Source: Octopus bimaculoides (Eukaryota). Taken from it: a DNA stretch of 35,785 nucleotides. Positions 21,861 to 33,314 of the stretch are shown here, one piece after another (the stretch's first letter is position 1; each line of letters opens with the position of its first letter). The stretch covers positions 11,107,455 to 11,143,239 of the forward strand of contig NC_069001.1 in assembly GCF_001194135.2 (NCBI RefSeq). Direction: 5' to 3'. The position numbers and the translations under genes are program-made. The notes below the pieces were generated by a model. It saw nothing but the letters and a program-made list of their open reading frames with translations, was not told the DNA's origin and searched no databases.

Positions 21861-22132
21861 AGCCATAAGAGCCGGTTTCTCGGTTTCATTGGTGCATAGG
21901 TTACTCACCTGACGGGACGCCGGTCCGTCGCAGGTGAGCTGCTAGGTGCAGGAGGAAAGAGTGAGAGAAAGTTGTGGCGAAAAAGTCAGAAGAAGTTCGC
22001 CATTACATTCTGCTGGAGCCGCGTGGAGCTTAGGTGTTTTGCTCAGAAACACACACACATCGGGCGGTCTGAGAATCGAACCCGCGATCCCTCGACCGCG
22101 AGTCCATTGCTCTAACCACTAAGCCATGTGCC
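21861..22132 (-). mobile_element. tRNA-derived SINE with V-SINE-like central domain
   Basis: The minus strand gives GGCACATGGCTTAGTGGTTAGAGC (A-box), GGGTTCGATTCTC (B-box) and CCTGCGACGGACCGGCGTCCCGTC, resembling the V-domain as recalled. Confidence 0.8.
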
Positions 22133-22199
22133 ACCACTTGTGGTAAAGAAATATTATAGGTGATGCGTCAGACCCACATGTGATCTAATGCAGTTCTAG

Positions 22200-22235
<36 letters not shown>
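22200..22235 (+). repeat. Poly(A)36
   Basis: Read directly from the sequence. Confidence 0.95.
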
Positions 22236-22236
<1 letters not shown>

Positions 22237-23599
22237 CAGTAAGCTCACTTAAACTGAAAACTCCACTATAGAAACGATATTAATATAAACTCATAACAGG
22301 TTCATAGCATAATGTTAAATGTTAGTCAGTTGAGTCATCACATCACACTGGAAAGATTTAACTTAAAGCGAACATTTCTTGATATATTCTAGATAGCATA
22401 ATTACACGTTATATTCCGTTATAACATGTAATTTTACGCCTGTTCTTAGACATGTAAAAGGTTGTCGTGACCTTTAAACAATTTGCAAACTTGTTTAATA
22501 GTTGATATCTTTAGAACTGTGGTAAAGCAGTTTGGTATCGTTCATGTTTTTCCCTTGTATTATTATTTTTTTCCTTTTATAGCTTCACTTATTTTAAAAG
22601 GTATTTTATTCTGTATATTTTTCCAAAGCAAATACGCGATGTTTGAGATATTGTTACTAAATTCAATGTATGTTACATTCGCCCAAACAGCTACAACGAT
22701 TGTTGGATATTAAAAATAGAGGTTTTACAGAGGACTAATTCGATGCAGTCACTGGTCTCTCTCTCCACATGGACGTTAGCAAGCAAATCAATGTTGACAA
22801 CAAAGAGATATGAAGTGTAATTAAACTTTCCATTGGGTTGAAATGCAATCGCAGATCAAGTCATAATCTTCATTGGTAATTACACGAACGATGCAAGAAC
22901 GATATGAAGAAAATGAACTTTGGAACTAATCTCCGATAATTAACAGGATAACCAGGTTGTGATGAAACGAGATTTCAAACACTCGTTATCTGATATTATA
23001 ATCTTGAAATGTAATTAAATTATCTTACCACTCACCTTCTCTAGGAAGAGAAGAAGGAGTAAGAAGGAAATAGAATGAGGTAGAGACGTAGAGTAACAGA
23101 AAGACAAAGACTTAATGAGAGAGAGAGAGCGAGGGGGGAGGAGAGAGTGAAAAAAAGAAACTTGTTAGAAATATATACAGATTACTTCAAGGAAAGTGGG
23201 GGAGAGACAGAGAGAGAGAGAGAAAGAGAGAGGAAGAGAGATAGAGACTGGAAGAGAGAAAATAAGAGATGAGGGGAGAGAGAGAGAGAGAGAGATAGGA
23301 GGAAGACGATGGTAGTCTGGTGGAAGGATAGGGAGGACTAGGGGTTGAGGACGGGGAAGGGCTGTGTCGGTTTCTTTCAATGATATTAGAATGACTAAAT
23401 TAGGAACGTGTAATAGACAAAGAGATGCAATGAATGTCTCACCTCAATTTGCTGCTGGAATTGAACAGGATTGAACAGGGTTGGCGATAGGGCGTCTAAT
23501 AGTTTGTGATATTCATTTCAACAATCAACTCTTCTAACACTATCCTGCACACGTAGTGACACGTAGACACAGGGACACATGGAGAAGAAAATACGAAAC

Positions 23600-23960
23600 A
23601 TTTACATACACACACTTATACATACATACATACATATATGTGTGTGTGTGTACATGCAAACAAGCGTATATACATACACATATATATATACATATTTACA
23701 TACATGCGAACATACATACATACAAACAAACAAACATACATACATATGTGTGTGTGGGTGTGTATACATGCATACAAGCGTATATATATTCATATGTACA
23801 TACATACGAACATACATACAAACAAACATACATACATATATACATACGTACATAGTACACACATACATACGTACGTATGTACATACATACATACACACAT
23901 GAATACGTATATACATACATATGCATACATACATCCATATATACATACACACACACATAG
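23600..23960. repeat. Degenerate (CATA)n/(TA)n/(CA)n tract with internal duplication
   Basis: TACATGCA.ACAAGCGTATAT and CGAACATACATACA.ACAAAC blocks recur ~118 bp apart. Confidence 0.85.
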
Positions 23961-24429
23961 ACTCGTGTATTAATTAACTTAATTCCTGTGATAGCGTATT
24001 TGCAGATAAGTTCTAAATAAAGTTATGTTTATTTGCTAAAAATGGATTTAGACTCATTGTACACCAGCCTCTCTCTGCAGAACAACTCAGCTAGCTTTCC
24101 AGTTCTACAACTTCGTCATGAAGGTTTGTGTCATCAAAACAGTAAGAAGAGAGGTGGAAGACAGAGAGAGACAGACAGAAATAGAGAGGCCGAGAGAGAA
24201 TGTGCGTGTATGTGTGCATAGCTTAGCTTTAAAAAAGATATGATGAACAACAGAGATTGCTTTTGTTTCTTTGTATAATCATTTGATACGATGCTGACGT
24301 ATAAGCTGTTTAAGTACAAAGTATTTGTGGATAAGGTTAGTCGTTTAACAAGCCAATTAGCTAGTTAGGAGATCTCTATAAGAGAGGGTAGCAGTAACTA
24401 TTACTGAGAAGCAATGCTTATTGCCACTG

Positions 24430-24660
24430 AAGCATGGCTGTTCAGTAGGAACCGGCGTTACTGCTATTTTTAATCCCAGAGAGACGCCTCCTCCAGCTGG
24501 TTATTCGATGCAAACTGCACTCGATGTATATTACAAACAGGGGAGTGAACTCCTACTATCATCTAGCCACGAGGCCACCAGATTGTACGGTTTCGACCGC
24601 TTTCTAGTCACCCTCGGTGGTGGATACTCACTCGCTAGGGATAGGATTTGAACGTTTCCT
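24430..24660 (-). mobile_element. Possible SINE-like element (single copy in window)
   Basis: GC-richer island ending in GGATTTGAAC (minus-strand B-box GTTCAAATCC at ~24644-24653). There is no second copy to confirm it. Confidence 0.35.
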
Positions 24661-25032
24661 ATTTGATTTGGGGTTCAAGAAATCTGAATATCTCTGCTGA
24701 ATTTTATTTATTAGTTGAAATTGTTAGTTATTTGCTTTAGAGTTTCCATCACCACAATACGCAGACGACAATATCTACAACGTAATGATAACTGATTGTT
24801 ATCCTGTTACCGTGTTGCAGTATTAGTCATTGTCTTTTTTTAGCGCCCAGAATTCCGGAGAAATAACCGAATGAAACCAGCATTAAAGCCACTCCCAGAA
24901 GACCTCAGAATTTAACCCAAATCAAAACACTTTGTGGTAATGTATTGTTATGCCTTCGTCGTGAGTATTGGTGACACAGTTACACCGTGTGTTTCAAGCA
25001 ATCAAATCTTACATCAATGAAAATAATTCTTG

Positions 25033-25225
25033 GGCGGTGAGCTGACAGAATCGTTACCGCACCGGATAAAATTCTTGTGGCATTTCGTCTGTTTTTTAGG
25101 TTCTGAGTTCATATTCCGCTGAGGTCAAATTTGTCTTTCATCCTTTCGGGTTCGATAAAATAAAGTACCAGTTGAACAATTGGGTCGGTGTAATCGACTT
25201 AAAATCTCCGCTGAAATTGCTGGCC
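25033..25225 (+). mobile_element. SINE family B copy
   Basis: GGCGGTGAGCTGACAGAATCGTTA head, TTCTGAGTTCATATTCCGCTGAGGTC, CTTTCATCCTTTCGGGTTCGATAAAAT. Confidence 0.88.
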
Positions 25226-25303
25226 AATTAAAGTGATTTTACAGAGAACCAATTAAAGTGATTCTACAGAAAACCAATTAAAGTGATTCTACAGAAAACC
25301 AAT
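25224..25303 (+). repeat. 25-bp tandem repeat x3
   Basis: AATTAAAGTGATT(T/C)TACAGA(G/A)AACC at 25226, 25251 and 25276. Confidence 0.95.
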
Positions 25304-26036
25304 ACTACGTCCGAAGACAAGGAATTAACAACAGGAATATATCCGAAATTGAGCAATGTTGTATTACTAACCATCAGTAGGCCCATACTGCTTGCACAGA
25401 AGAGGAACATTGCCATTCACATTAATAACAAACCAGTTGATTTTCAGAAATGGTATCGAGATTATCTTCGAATAATCATAACCTCTCTGTAATTTCTAAT
25501 TTTTTTCTTCCAGAAAACTCACCTCCAGCGCTCCCAGGAAGATGATTACGTATAACTGGTGAATTTCCATTTATTCTGAACGTAAACAGCTCGCGTTTCA
25601 GCTACATGTTACTTCTACATTTTCAATACCCATTTAACGGCTATTGGTGTCTGAGAGGATCGCACGTTTTCTGGCGTATCAAAACATCCTTCGTGTCATA
25701 TTGACCTCTTGCAGAAGCAACTGCAACTGAAAAATTTCTCTCGCATCTTCAATTTTAAATCTCTCTCAACAAACAACCTGAATAATGGCTCTGAGGTTAT
25801 GATAACATCAGAACTCCCTCTACAGGTGACATATAAAACTCCGTTTCGAGAGATCACATTTAAGGTTCCTTGGGGCGAGTAATTACCGACACAGTTGTCG
25901 TTATTTCTGAAATGATAATCGATGAAGTTGCCGTGCTGTGATGGGGACACTATGGTGAAACTGATGAGAGTTTAATTGTCAGAAATAGTGAGAGAGATCC
26001 CTATACTAAGGCATCAATAATATTTAAGCATGTTAA

Positions 26037-26253
26037 GGCGGCAAGCAAACAGAATAGTTAGTATGTCGGATAAAACGCTTAGCGCATTTTCTCCGTCTTC
26101 ACATTCTGAGTTCAAATTCCGCCGAGGTCGACTTTGCCTTTCATTTTTGCCGGATCGATAAAATATGCTTAGTTGAGCACAGATGTTGATGTAATCGATC
26201 AGCTCCGCTCTCCTAAAACTTCAAGTCGTGGGCTTATAGTAGAAAGGATTATT
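26037..26253 (+). mobile_element. SINE family B copy (diverged)
   Basis: TTCTGAGTTCAAATTCCGCCGAGGTCGACTTTGCCTTTCAT core, with an AGTAGAAAGGATTATT tail. Confidence 0.85.
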
Positions 26254-26484
26254 TTTACTGACACCTGGAATGTCATTAGGCGCTCACTGCCCTTTATCAG
26301 ATGGTCAGTATGTTCGGTGGAAGTTCTACGGTAGCAATACATAGAAATCTAGACGTGGACAAGAACGGTGTCGTTCTCGGAGAAATTCTAGATGTCGATG
26401 AGGATGAACTAGCTGGTCGGTTTCGAAGGACTTTAGGATCCGCTACTACCATGGATAATCTCTATAAATCCCTGGCTTGCCAGT

Positions 26485-26596
26485 GATTTCAAGGTCGAAG
26501 AAATAAATACCAGTTGAGCAACAGGGTCAATGAAATCGATTTACCCTTCCCCCGTAGTTGCTTGCTGATGTGCCAAACTTAGAAATCAATATTATT
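26485..26596 (+). mobile_element. SINE family B 3' fragment
   Basis: GGTCGA..AAATAAATACCAGTTGAGCA..GGGTCAATG.AATCGA..TAGAAATCAATATTATT resembles the family B 3' half. Confidence 0.6.
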
Positions 26597-27220
26597 TATG
26601 TACATCCACGAACGATTTTAGATCAATTACCACCGAATTCAGCTTTTGTTTACCGCAATGGAGAAAACCTGATGGAAATAACAGATAAATCTCCCTCATT
26701 ACTTCCAACAGTCTTAAAAATAGGCAGAATAATGTAGTCCTGGATACACTCCTCATGAAAATCAAAAGACAGCTCGACCAAATTTCGATAGGCTCGGGTC
26801 GTCCCATATCACGTGACTGAAAGTAGGAGGACAGAAACTCTTGAAGCATGACCGATGGGTTGTGTCCAACAAGTCAAGGATCTGTGACAATCACACACTG
26901 CGATATGCTACATCAACGGTAGATATCTATGGATTATCCAAATATCCACGCGATAATTCAGTGAGTTTAGTTGTTTAGTTGATAGGATTACTGTATAGAG
27001 AAGGCCTGCAAGTTCTTACCGAAATCCATTTATTTAGTTTAACGTGATATGTATGCATGTGTATGTATATGTATGCATGAACGTATACATATTTGTACGT
27101 ATGTATATGGATGAGTGTGTATGTATGCATGATTATATGCATGCAGTGTATAAATGTTTGTACAAAAATACGTGTGCGCACACACATATAGATGCATGCG
27201 TACATATTTATACATACATG

Positions 27221-27252
<32 letters not shown>

Positions 27253-28391
27253 CAGACAGATTACGAGGACTCCCTTCAATTAGATAGTTCATATGTTTTA
27301 AATATTAATAATAATTTGTGATGTAATACTATGTAGATACATGTATGCGCATGTGCGTGAGTGTGTGTATATATTTATGTAACTAGATCGCACCCTATGT
27401 AAAATATCCAAGCATAGTCTAAATGAATCAGTGCTTATTTATGAGCGAGGTTCTATTTCACAGCTATAGTGCTTTAGTCATTATTTTGATGAGAAACAAA
27501 AATTGTTATAGGAATTCCGGAATAGAACAGGAGGATTCTTACGAATCAATAATTATTTTGAATCATTATTAATCTCGATGGTTAAGACACGCTGAACCAG
27601 CTGAAGTGTATTAAAAGAATAAAGTTTGGTCACCTTCGTTTTCAGCTTAACACCTCTGAAATGTCCACTTTTATCATTTACCTCGATGTCCACCGCTCTA
27701 TCAGAATTATTCTGATCAGATCTTTGGTTGCGAATAACATTTCAGCCATGGATTGTTCCTCCATTCTATCCAGTCCAGTCACGGAATTCCTAGCAAAAGG
27801 TCATGCGAGTTGGCCCTTCCTCTTCTGACTAAGCTTTTAACAAATACAAAAATAAATCATGACTCATCACTAAGGATCCTTTCCCCTATACAATTCCCTT
27901 ATAAAACTCGCCTGAGTGACTTGTCACAAGATATCAATACTATGTTGATATTAACGACCGTAGTTTATGAGAGAGAAGACACTGTTCATTTTTTGTTTTA
28001 ATTTACTTCAATAATTCTTTCTTCATTTTTTGTATATTGACTTAGAAATGGTTAGATTTCTGAATATCTTCATTATTTTGCTGGTATCACGTCTTGCATA
28101 CTTTCTGTAGGGTTGCAAATGTATTGTAAGATATATATCAATTAAAATTCCAGCCCTTTAGTCACGGGTGATTGTAAAGTTTATGACAAGAATGCTAGTT
28201 GTAACACAAGACGCATGGTTCGAAGAAACACCACAATTAAGACTGAAGCATAAAAATTGCATCGGGATTAATTGCCAATACACACACACACACACACACA
28301 CACACTTACTAACGCAGACAGAGGCATACATTACATACACAATGTAGAGAGACATTCATGGCTACTCATGTATCTTTATATACCTGCATAT

Positions 28392-28397
<6 letters not shown>

Positions 28398-28474
<77 letters not shown>
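28398..28474. repeat. (TG)n microsatellite
   Basis: Read directly from the sequence. Confidence 0.95.
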
Positions 28475-28476
<2 letters not shown>

Positions 28477-29639
28477 AAGGAAATACATTTTGTGACGGTT
28501 CGTACCGGTTTCGTGTTTTCGATTTTTTCAACTAAGAGTAAAACAAAGGTGAATATTAATTAAGAAAAACAATTAAATTGAAGAAAGAATGGAATGTTTT
28601 GTAAATATTTCCATAGTGTTCTAAAAGCCAAATAACAACAACAACCACAACCACAACTTGAAATTAAGCTCTCCAGTTTAAAACCAAGCTTGCTGTTGGG
28701 TATTTTTTAAGTTTGGTGTTTCTATGGGAATAGTGTACCTTGTGAAGATCTAAAAATTTCAATGCAATCAACTGTCACCTGAAAAAATGTTGATATGTCG
28801 TCCTCTAAAAAACGCCAAGATGTGACGCCTATTCTTTAACTGGATTTTTTTCATTGTTTCAAATGCTTCTTGCTCCGCTTTACCATATTGCACTATTGAA
28901 TGCTTCACAGAAACTTTGAAATCACTACTGTACTCTAATTAAGCATGTATTTGTTCTACAAATCTGCGGACTTTGAACAAGCAATATGCGTATACCTACT
29001 CAAGGTACCAGTTTACATAGAGAGTCACTGATCCGAGCCGGGATGACATAAGTGTCTTTTGATTGTATAAGAGTTCGGTAGTGTTTATTGTAATCTATGC
29101 CACTAATTCTCTAGAAGGTGAACTGAGCAGCGCTACGCCTACGTAAGACGAAAATAAAAGAAAACGAAAAATTATCTAACACAAGAATCCATTAGATTTA
29201 ATGAACACTTTAAATGCAATAGGACGAAAGCTGTTATTACCATTCAGCATTGCTAAACAGCAATAGCTCAATGCCTATTGGCTAACGATAGTCGGAAGGA
29301 AGAGAAGGTGAAAAGAAGTGAAGTTGTTTGCACGCAACATGGGGCAAGTTGTTTCTCGATGCCACATTTAAAAATTTAAGATGGCGTCAGACACGTTATC
29401 GCTGTTTAAATACTCTGTGGAAAAAAGGGGTCCTGATTGAAGCAGCTTCCGCCTGTAATGGACTTTATCAGCTTAGGAACCTTGTTTCTCCGCTGACAAG
29501 CTTTGCCGTGATTAAAACGTTTTCACTGGAAATGTACGATAAAAGAAATGATGTTGATGTAACTTAAGTAGGGTCTTTTTTGGTGACTGCGGGGGTGGAT
29601 GTGGCTGGGAAGGAGTTGAGGTGAGAAAAGAGAGGTAGA

Positions 29640-29649
29640 TAAACAGATG

Positions 29650-29695
<46 letters not shown>

Positions 29696-31149
29696 AAGAG
29701 AGAGAAAGAGTGAAAGAGAGAGTGTGAGTGTATGTGTGTGTATGTGTGTAAAAAAATTGATAAGTATTTTAGTAAAATGAGTGATAGAGAAGAAACAGTG
29801 AATTTAAAGAGAGAGAGAGAGAAATGGAGAGAGAAAGAGAGAGAGAAATGGAGAGAGAAAGAGAGAGAGACAGAGAGAAAGAGAGAGAGACAGAGAGAAA
29901 GGGAGAGTGAGAGAGAAAGGAGGAGTGACAGAGACAGAGACAAGGAAACAGTGAGACAAAGAAGCAAAGATGTGCATTTGAAGTAAAAAAGGGAGAGGAG
30001 GAAAATGGTTGACAGAAAGAGGGAAGAAGGTAAATTTGACGACAGTGAGAATGCGTTTGTATTTGTTAATGAGAGAGGGGGAAGAGGGGGGAGAGAGAGA
30101 GAGGGAGGGAGAGAGGGAGAGAGAGAGGGNNNNNNNNNNNNNNNNNNNNNNNNNNNNNNNNNNNNNNNNNNNNNNNNNNNNNNNNNNNNNNNNNNNNNNN
30201 NNNNNNNNNNNNNNNNNNNNNNNNNNNNNNNNNNNNNNNNNNNNNNNNNNNNNNNNNNNNNNNNNNNNNNNNNNNNNNNNNNNNNNNNNNNNNNNNNNNN
30301 NNNNNNNNNNNNNNNNNNNNNNNNNNNNNNNNNNNNNNNNNNNNNNNNNNNNNNNNNNNNNNNNNNNNNNNNNNNNNNNNNNNNNNNNNNNNNNNNNNNN
30401 NNNNNNNNNNNNNNNNNNNNNNNNNNNNNNNNNNNNNNNNNNNNNNNNNNNNNNNNNNNNNNNNNNNNNNNNNNNNNNNNNNNNNNNNNNNNNNNNNNNN
30501 NNNNNNNNNNNNNNNNNNNNNNNNNNNNNNNNNNNNNNNNNNNNNNNNNNNNNNNNNNNNNNNNNNNNNNNNNNNNNNNNNNNNNNNNNNNNNNNNNNNN
30601 NNNNNNNNNNNNNNNNNNNNNNNNNNNNNNNNNNNNNNNNNNNNNNNNNNNNNNNNNNNNNNNNNNNNNNNNNNNNNNNNNNNNNNNNNNNNNNNNNNNN
30701 NNNNNNNNNNNNNNNNNNNNNNNNNNNNNNNNNNNNNNNNNNNNNNNNNNNNNNNNNNNNNNNNNNNNNNNNNNNNNNNNNNNNNNNNNNNNNNNNNNNN
30801 NNNNNNNNNNNNNNNNNNNNNNNNNNNNNNNNNNNNNNNNNNNNNNNNNNNNNNNNNNNNNNNNNNNNNNNNNNNNNNNNNNNNNNNNNNGAGAGAGAGA
30901 GAGAAAGAGAAAGAGAGAGAGAGAGAAAGAGAGAGAGATAGAGAGAGACAGATAGACAGATAGATAGACAGACATACAGACAGAAAAAGAGAGAGATAGA
31001 TAGATAGAGAGAGAGAGAGAAAGAGAGAAAGAGAGAGAGAGAAAGAAAGAGAGAGAGAGAAAGAAAGAGAGAGAGAGAGAAAGAAAGAGAGAGAGAGAAA
31101 GAGAGAGAGAGAAAGAAAGAGAGAGAAAGAAAGAAAGAGAGAGAGAGAA

Positions 31150-31180
<31 letters not shown>

Positions 31181-31250
31181 AAGAAAAAGAGTGAGTGAGA
31201 GAAAAGGAGAGCAAGAAGAAGATAGAGTATATTAGAGGAAATGAGATATG
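29640..31250. repeat. Long (GA)n-rich polypurine tract spanning a gap
   Basis: Read directly; N-gap at 30130-30890. Confidence 0.92.
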
Positions 31251-31894
31251 AGAATCATATGAGAGGCAGTGACAAAGAGATGGAGAATGTAAGACGATGA
31301 AGAGAGTTGTAGGGGTGGGATATAAAGGAGAGGAATATGACGGAGAGGAACGGGGAAACTGTTTCGAATGAGATAAAGAAATGGAGTGATGTGGTTAGGG
31401 TGGGGGAGGATATCGATGAGAATGTCGATAGGAAGATAAGGTGTAGAGGAGGCAAGGAGAAATTAAAGATATGGGCGACAGAGGATGAGATTAAATGGCG
31501 GTGAGAGCGAAGAGAATGAGGAGAAAGAGTGGGAGGAAGGGAGAGGGAGTGATGGTGTAAGGGCGAAACGTCGATGGAAGGTTTGATCTAGGAAGAAGAA
31601 AAAAAAGAAGTAGAAGAAGGAGAAGAAGAAGAAGAAGAAGAAGAACAACAACAACAAAGAGGTGGTAAGAGAGAGTGAAAAGAGGAATGGAGATCGGGAG
31701 AGATAAGAAGTGCTGGAGAAAGAGCAGCTGATTGTCGGACAAAGAGGTGAAGGGTCGACAGTTCAAACCATTTCCTCGGCGTTATATGATATTTCTAAGC
31801 AATATCAATGCCAGTCACAATCACTCAGCACTGCTCCAGAAGTAAGCTGGCACCGCAAATGTGTGTGTGTGTGTGTAGATATATATATATATAT

Positions 31895-32130
31895 ATGAGT
31901 CTATGCATATATACGTACAGGTATGTGCATACCTACGTCTACCTGTATATACAGGTGCATATCTGGGTACAGGACGTTGCAAACAAAACGTAGACAAGAA
32001 AATAATAATAATAATAACCAGAATACAGAAAACACACAAGCCACATAGAGAACATTTTCCTTCATCAGATACTCCCGTTTTAACACCGGCGTTTCGAAGA
32101 GTTGGGCAGGACGCATCGTTAAAACGGCTC
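31895..32130 (-). mobile_element. Dispersed repeat family P1, copy 2
   Basis: Homologous to 1567-1745, ends in (TA)n(TG)n and has an internal (AAT)n at ~32001-32017. A 10-bp inverted repeat lies at 32075-32084/32118-32127. Confidence 0.7.
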
Positions 32131-32484
32131 ATCCCATGAACCGCAAATTAAATTTGTATACACAAATTAAACCTGTGTCATCGAGGAATGTAGTGGCGGA
32201 CAAAAAACCAGACAGGAAAATAAACGGAAAAGAAAACAAGACAGGAATATATATATATATATACATACATACATACATACATACATATAGAGCAAAACTT
32301 CTCTAGCTTCGTTACCCGAAATATTCGCAAACAGGAACTATTTTCCTTATACGAAATTCAAGAGGACGCACGCACGCCGGATTCGTGCCGTGAGGTGCAC
32401 TGCGCGAAAGCTATTCAACATCTGATGTCTTCACAGGGTTACTCCACTGGGAACGACTTTGCCCTTCATCATGTAAGGCTTCAT

Positions 32485-32554
32485 GACGGGCCTCTTTCTG
32501 TTTCCGTCTGCCAAATCCACTCACGGGGCTTTGGTCGGCGCGAGGATATAGTAG
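32485..32554 (-). mobile_element. SINE family A internal fragment, minus strand
   Basis: GACGGGCCTCTTTCTGTTTCCGTCTGCCAAATCCACTCAC..GGCTTTGGTCGGC matches 6033-6105. Confidence 0.85.
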
Positions 32555-32565
32555 TAATCCTTCTC

Positions 32566-32602
32566 AGTGGATTTGGTTGACGAAAACTGGAAGAAGACCC
32601 TC

Positions 32603-32637
<35 letters not shown>

Positions 32638-33074
32638 AAAGATAATAAGAGTGAAAAAACTACAGAAGGCTTGTGTTACATGGTTAAAGTATATATTTAA
32701 ATTATGTCAGAAACATGTTATAAAATCTTTTTGGTATATAAACATTTTATTTTTAGAAATAACCGGTTTCGTGTTGTCTTTTCAAATTTCTCTACTTCAT
32801 TGTAACGTGTTCGTTCCAGTCTGAAAAAGAAGAGAACTCTTCTTTTTCAGATTGAAGCGAACACGTTACAATGAAGTAGAGAAATTTGAAAAGACAACAC
32901 GAAACCGGTAATTTCTCAAAATCCAATGTTTATATACCAAAAAGATTTTATAACATTTTTCTGACATAATTTAAATATATACTTTAACCATGTAACACAA
33001 GCCTTCTGTAGTTTTTTCACTCTTATTATCTTTTATACATCCAAACACGTCCTTCACATACCAACTTTCTCACA

Positions 33075-33116
<42 letters not shown>

Positions 33117-33215
33117 TTTGTCTGTGTATGTTTCTCCACCACAAGCGAACTGGTGTTGGTGTATTTACGTCTCCATAACTTAGTGGTTCAGCAAAAAAGA
33201 ACCAGGAGAACGATA
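32566..33215 (+). mobile_element. 5'-truncated SINE family A interrupted by the palindromic insert
   Basis: AGTGGATTTGGTTGACGAAAACTGGAAGAAGACCCTCGT plus (TG)(TA) at 32566-32633. The 3' half TGTTGGTGTATTTACGTCTCCATAACTTAGTGGTTCAGCAAAA lies at ~33114-33215. Confidence 0.75.
32634..33037. repeat. 404-bp near-perfect inverted repeat (two 201-bp arms, 2-nt loop)
   Basis: Arms 32634-32834 and 32837-33037, centre AGAG-AA-CTCT. I count 8 mismatches and no indels by eye. Confidence 0.97.
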
Positions 33216-33279
33216 ATCAAAAGCGTTCCATCTATGATGACACTGTTTGATACCTGGCGCTTTATTATCCAACTACACC

Positions 33280-33314
<35 letters not shown>

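Noticed and set aside
25224-25303. CRISPR-like array (also considered for the 49-bp and ~80-bp repeats)
   Set aside because: The units are contiguous with no unique spacers, the context is eukaryotic and there are no cas genes.
27640-27830. Possible Tc1-like remnant (minus RMTFC*EFRDWT) or plus-strand exon
   Set aside because: Only a few residues match, the downstream DE motif is absent and no TIRs were found.
32850-32910. Complete hammerhead in the palindrome arm
   Set aside because: GAAACCGGTA is present, but no CUGANGA with a stem II pairing to the ACAC upstream of GAAA could be found.
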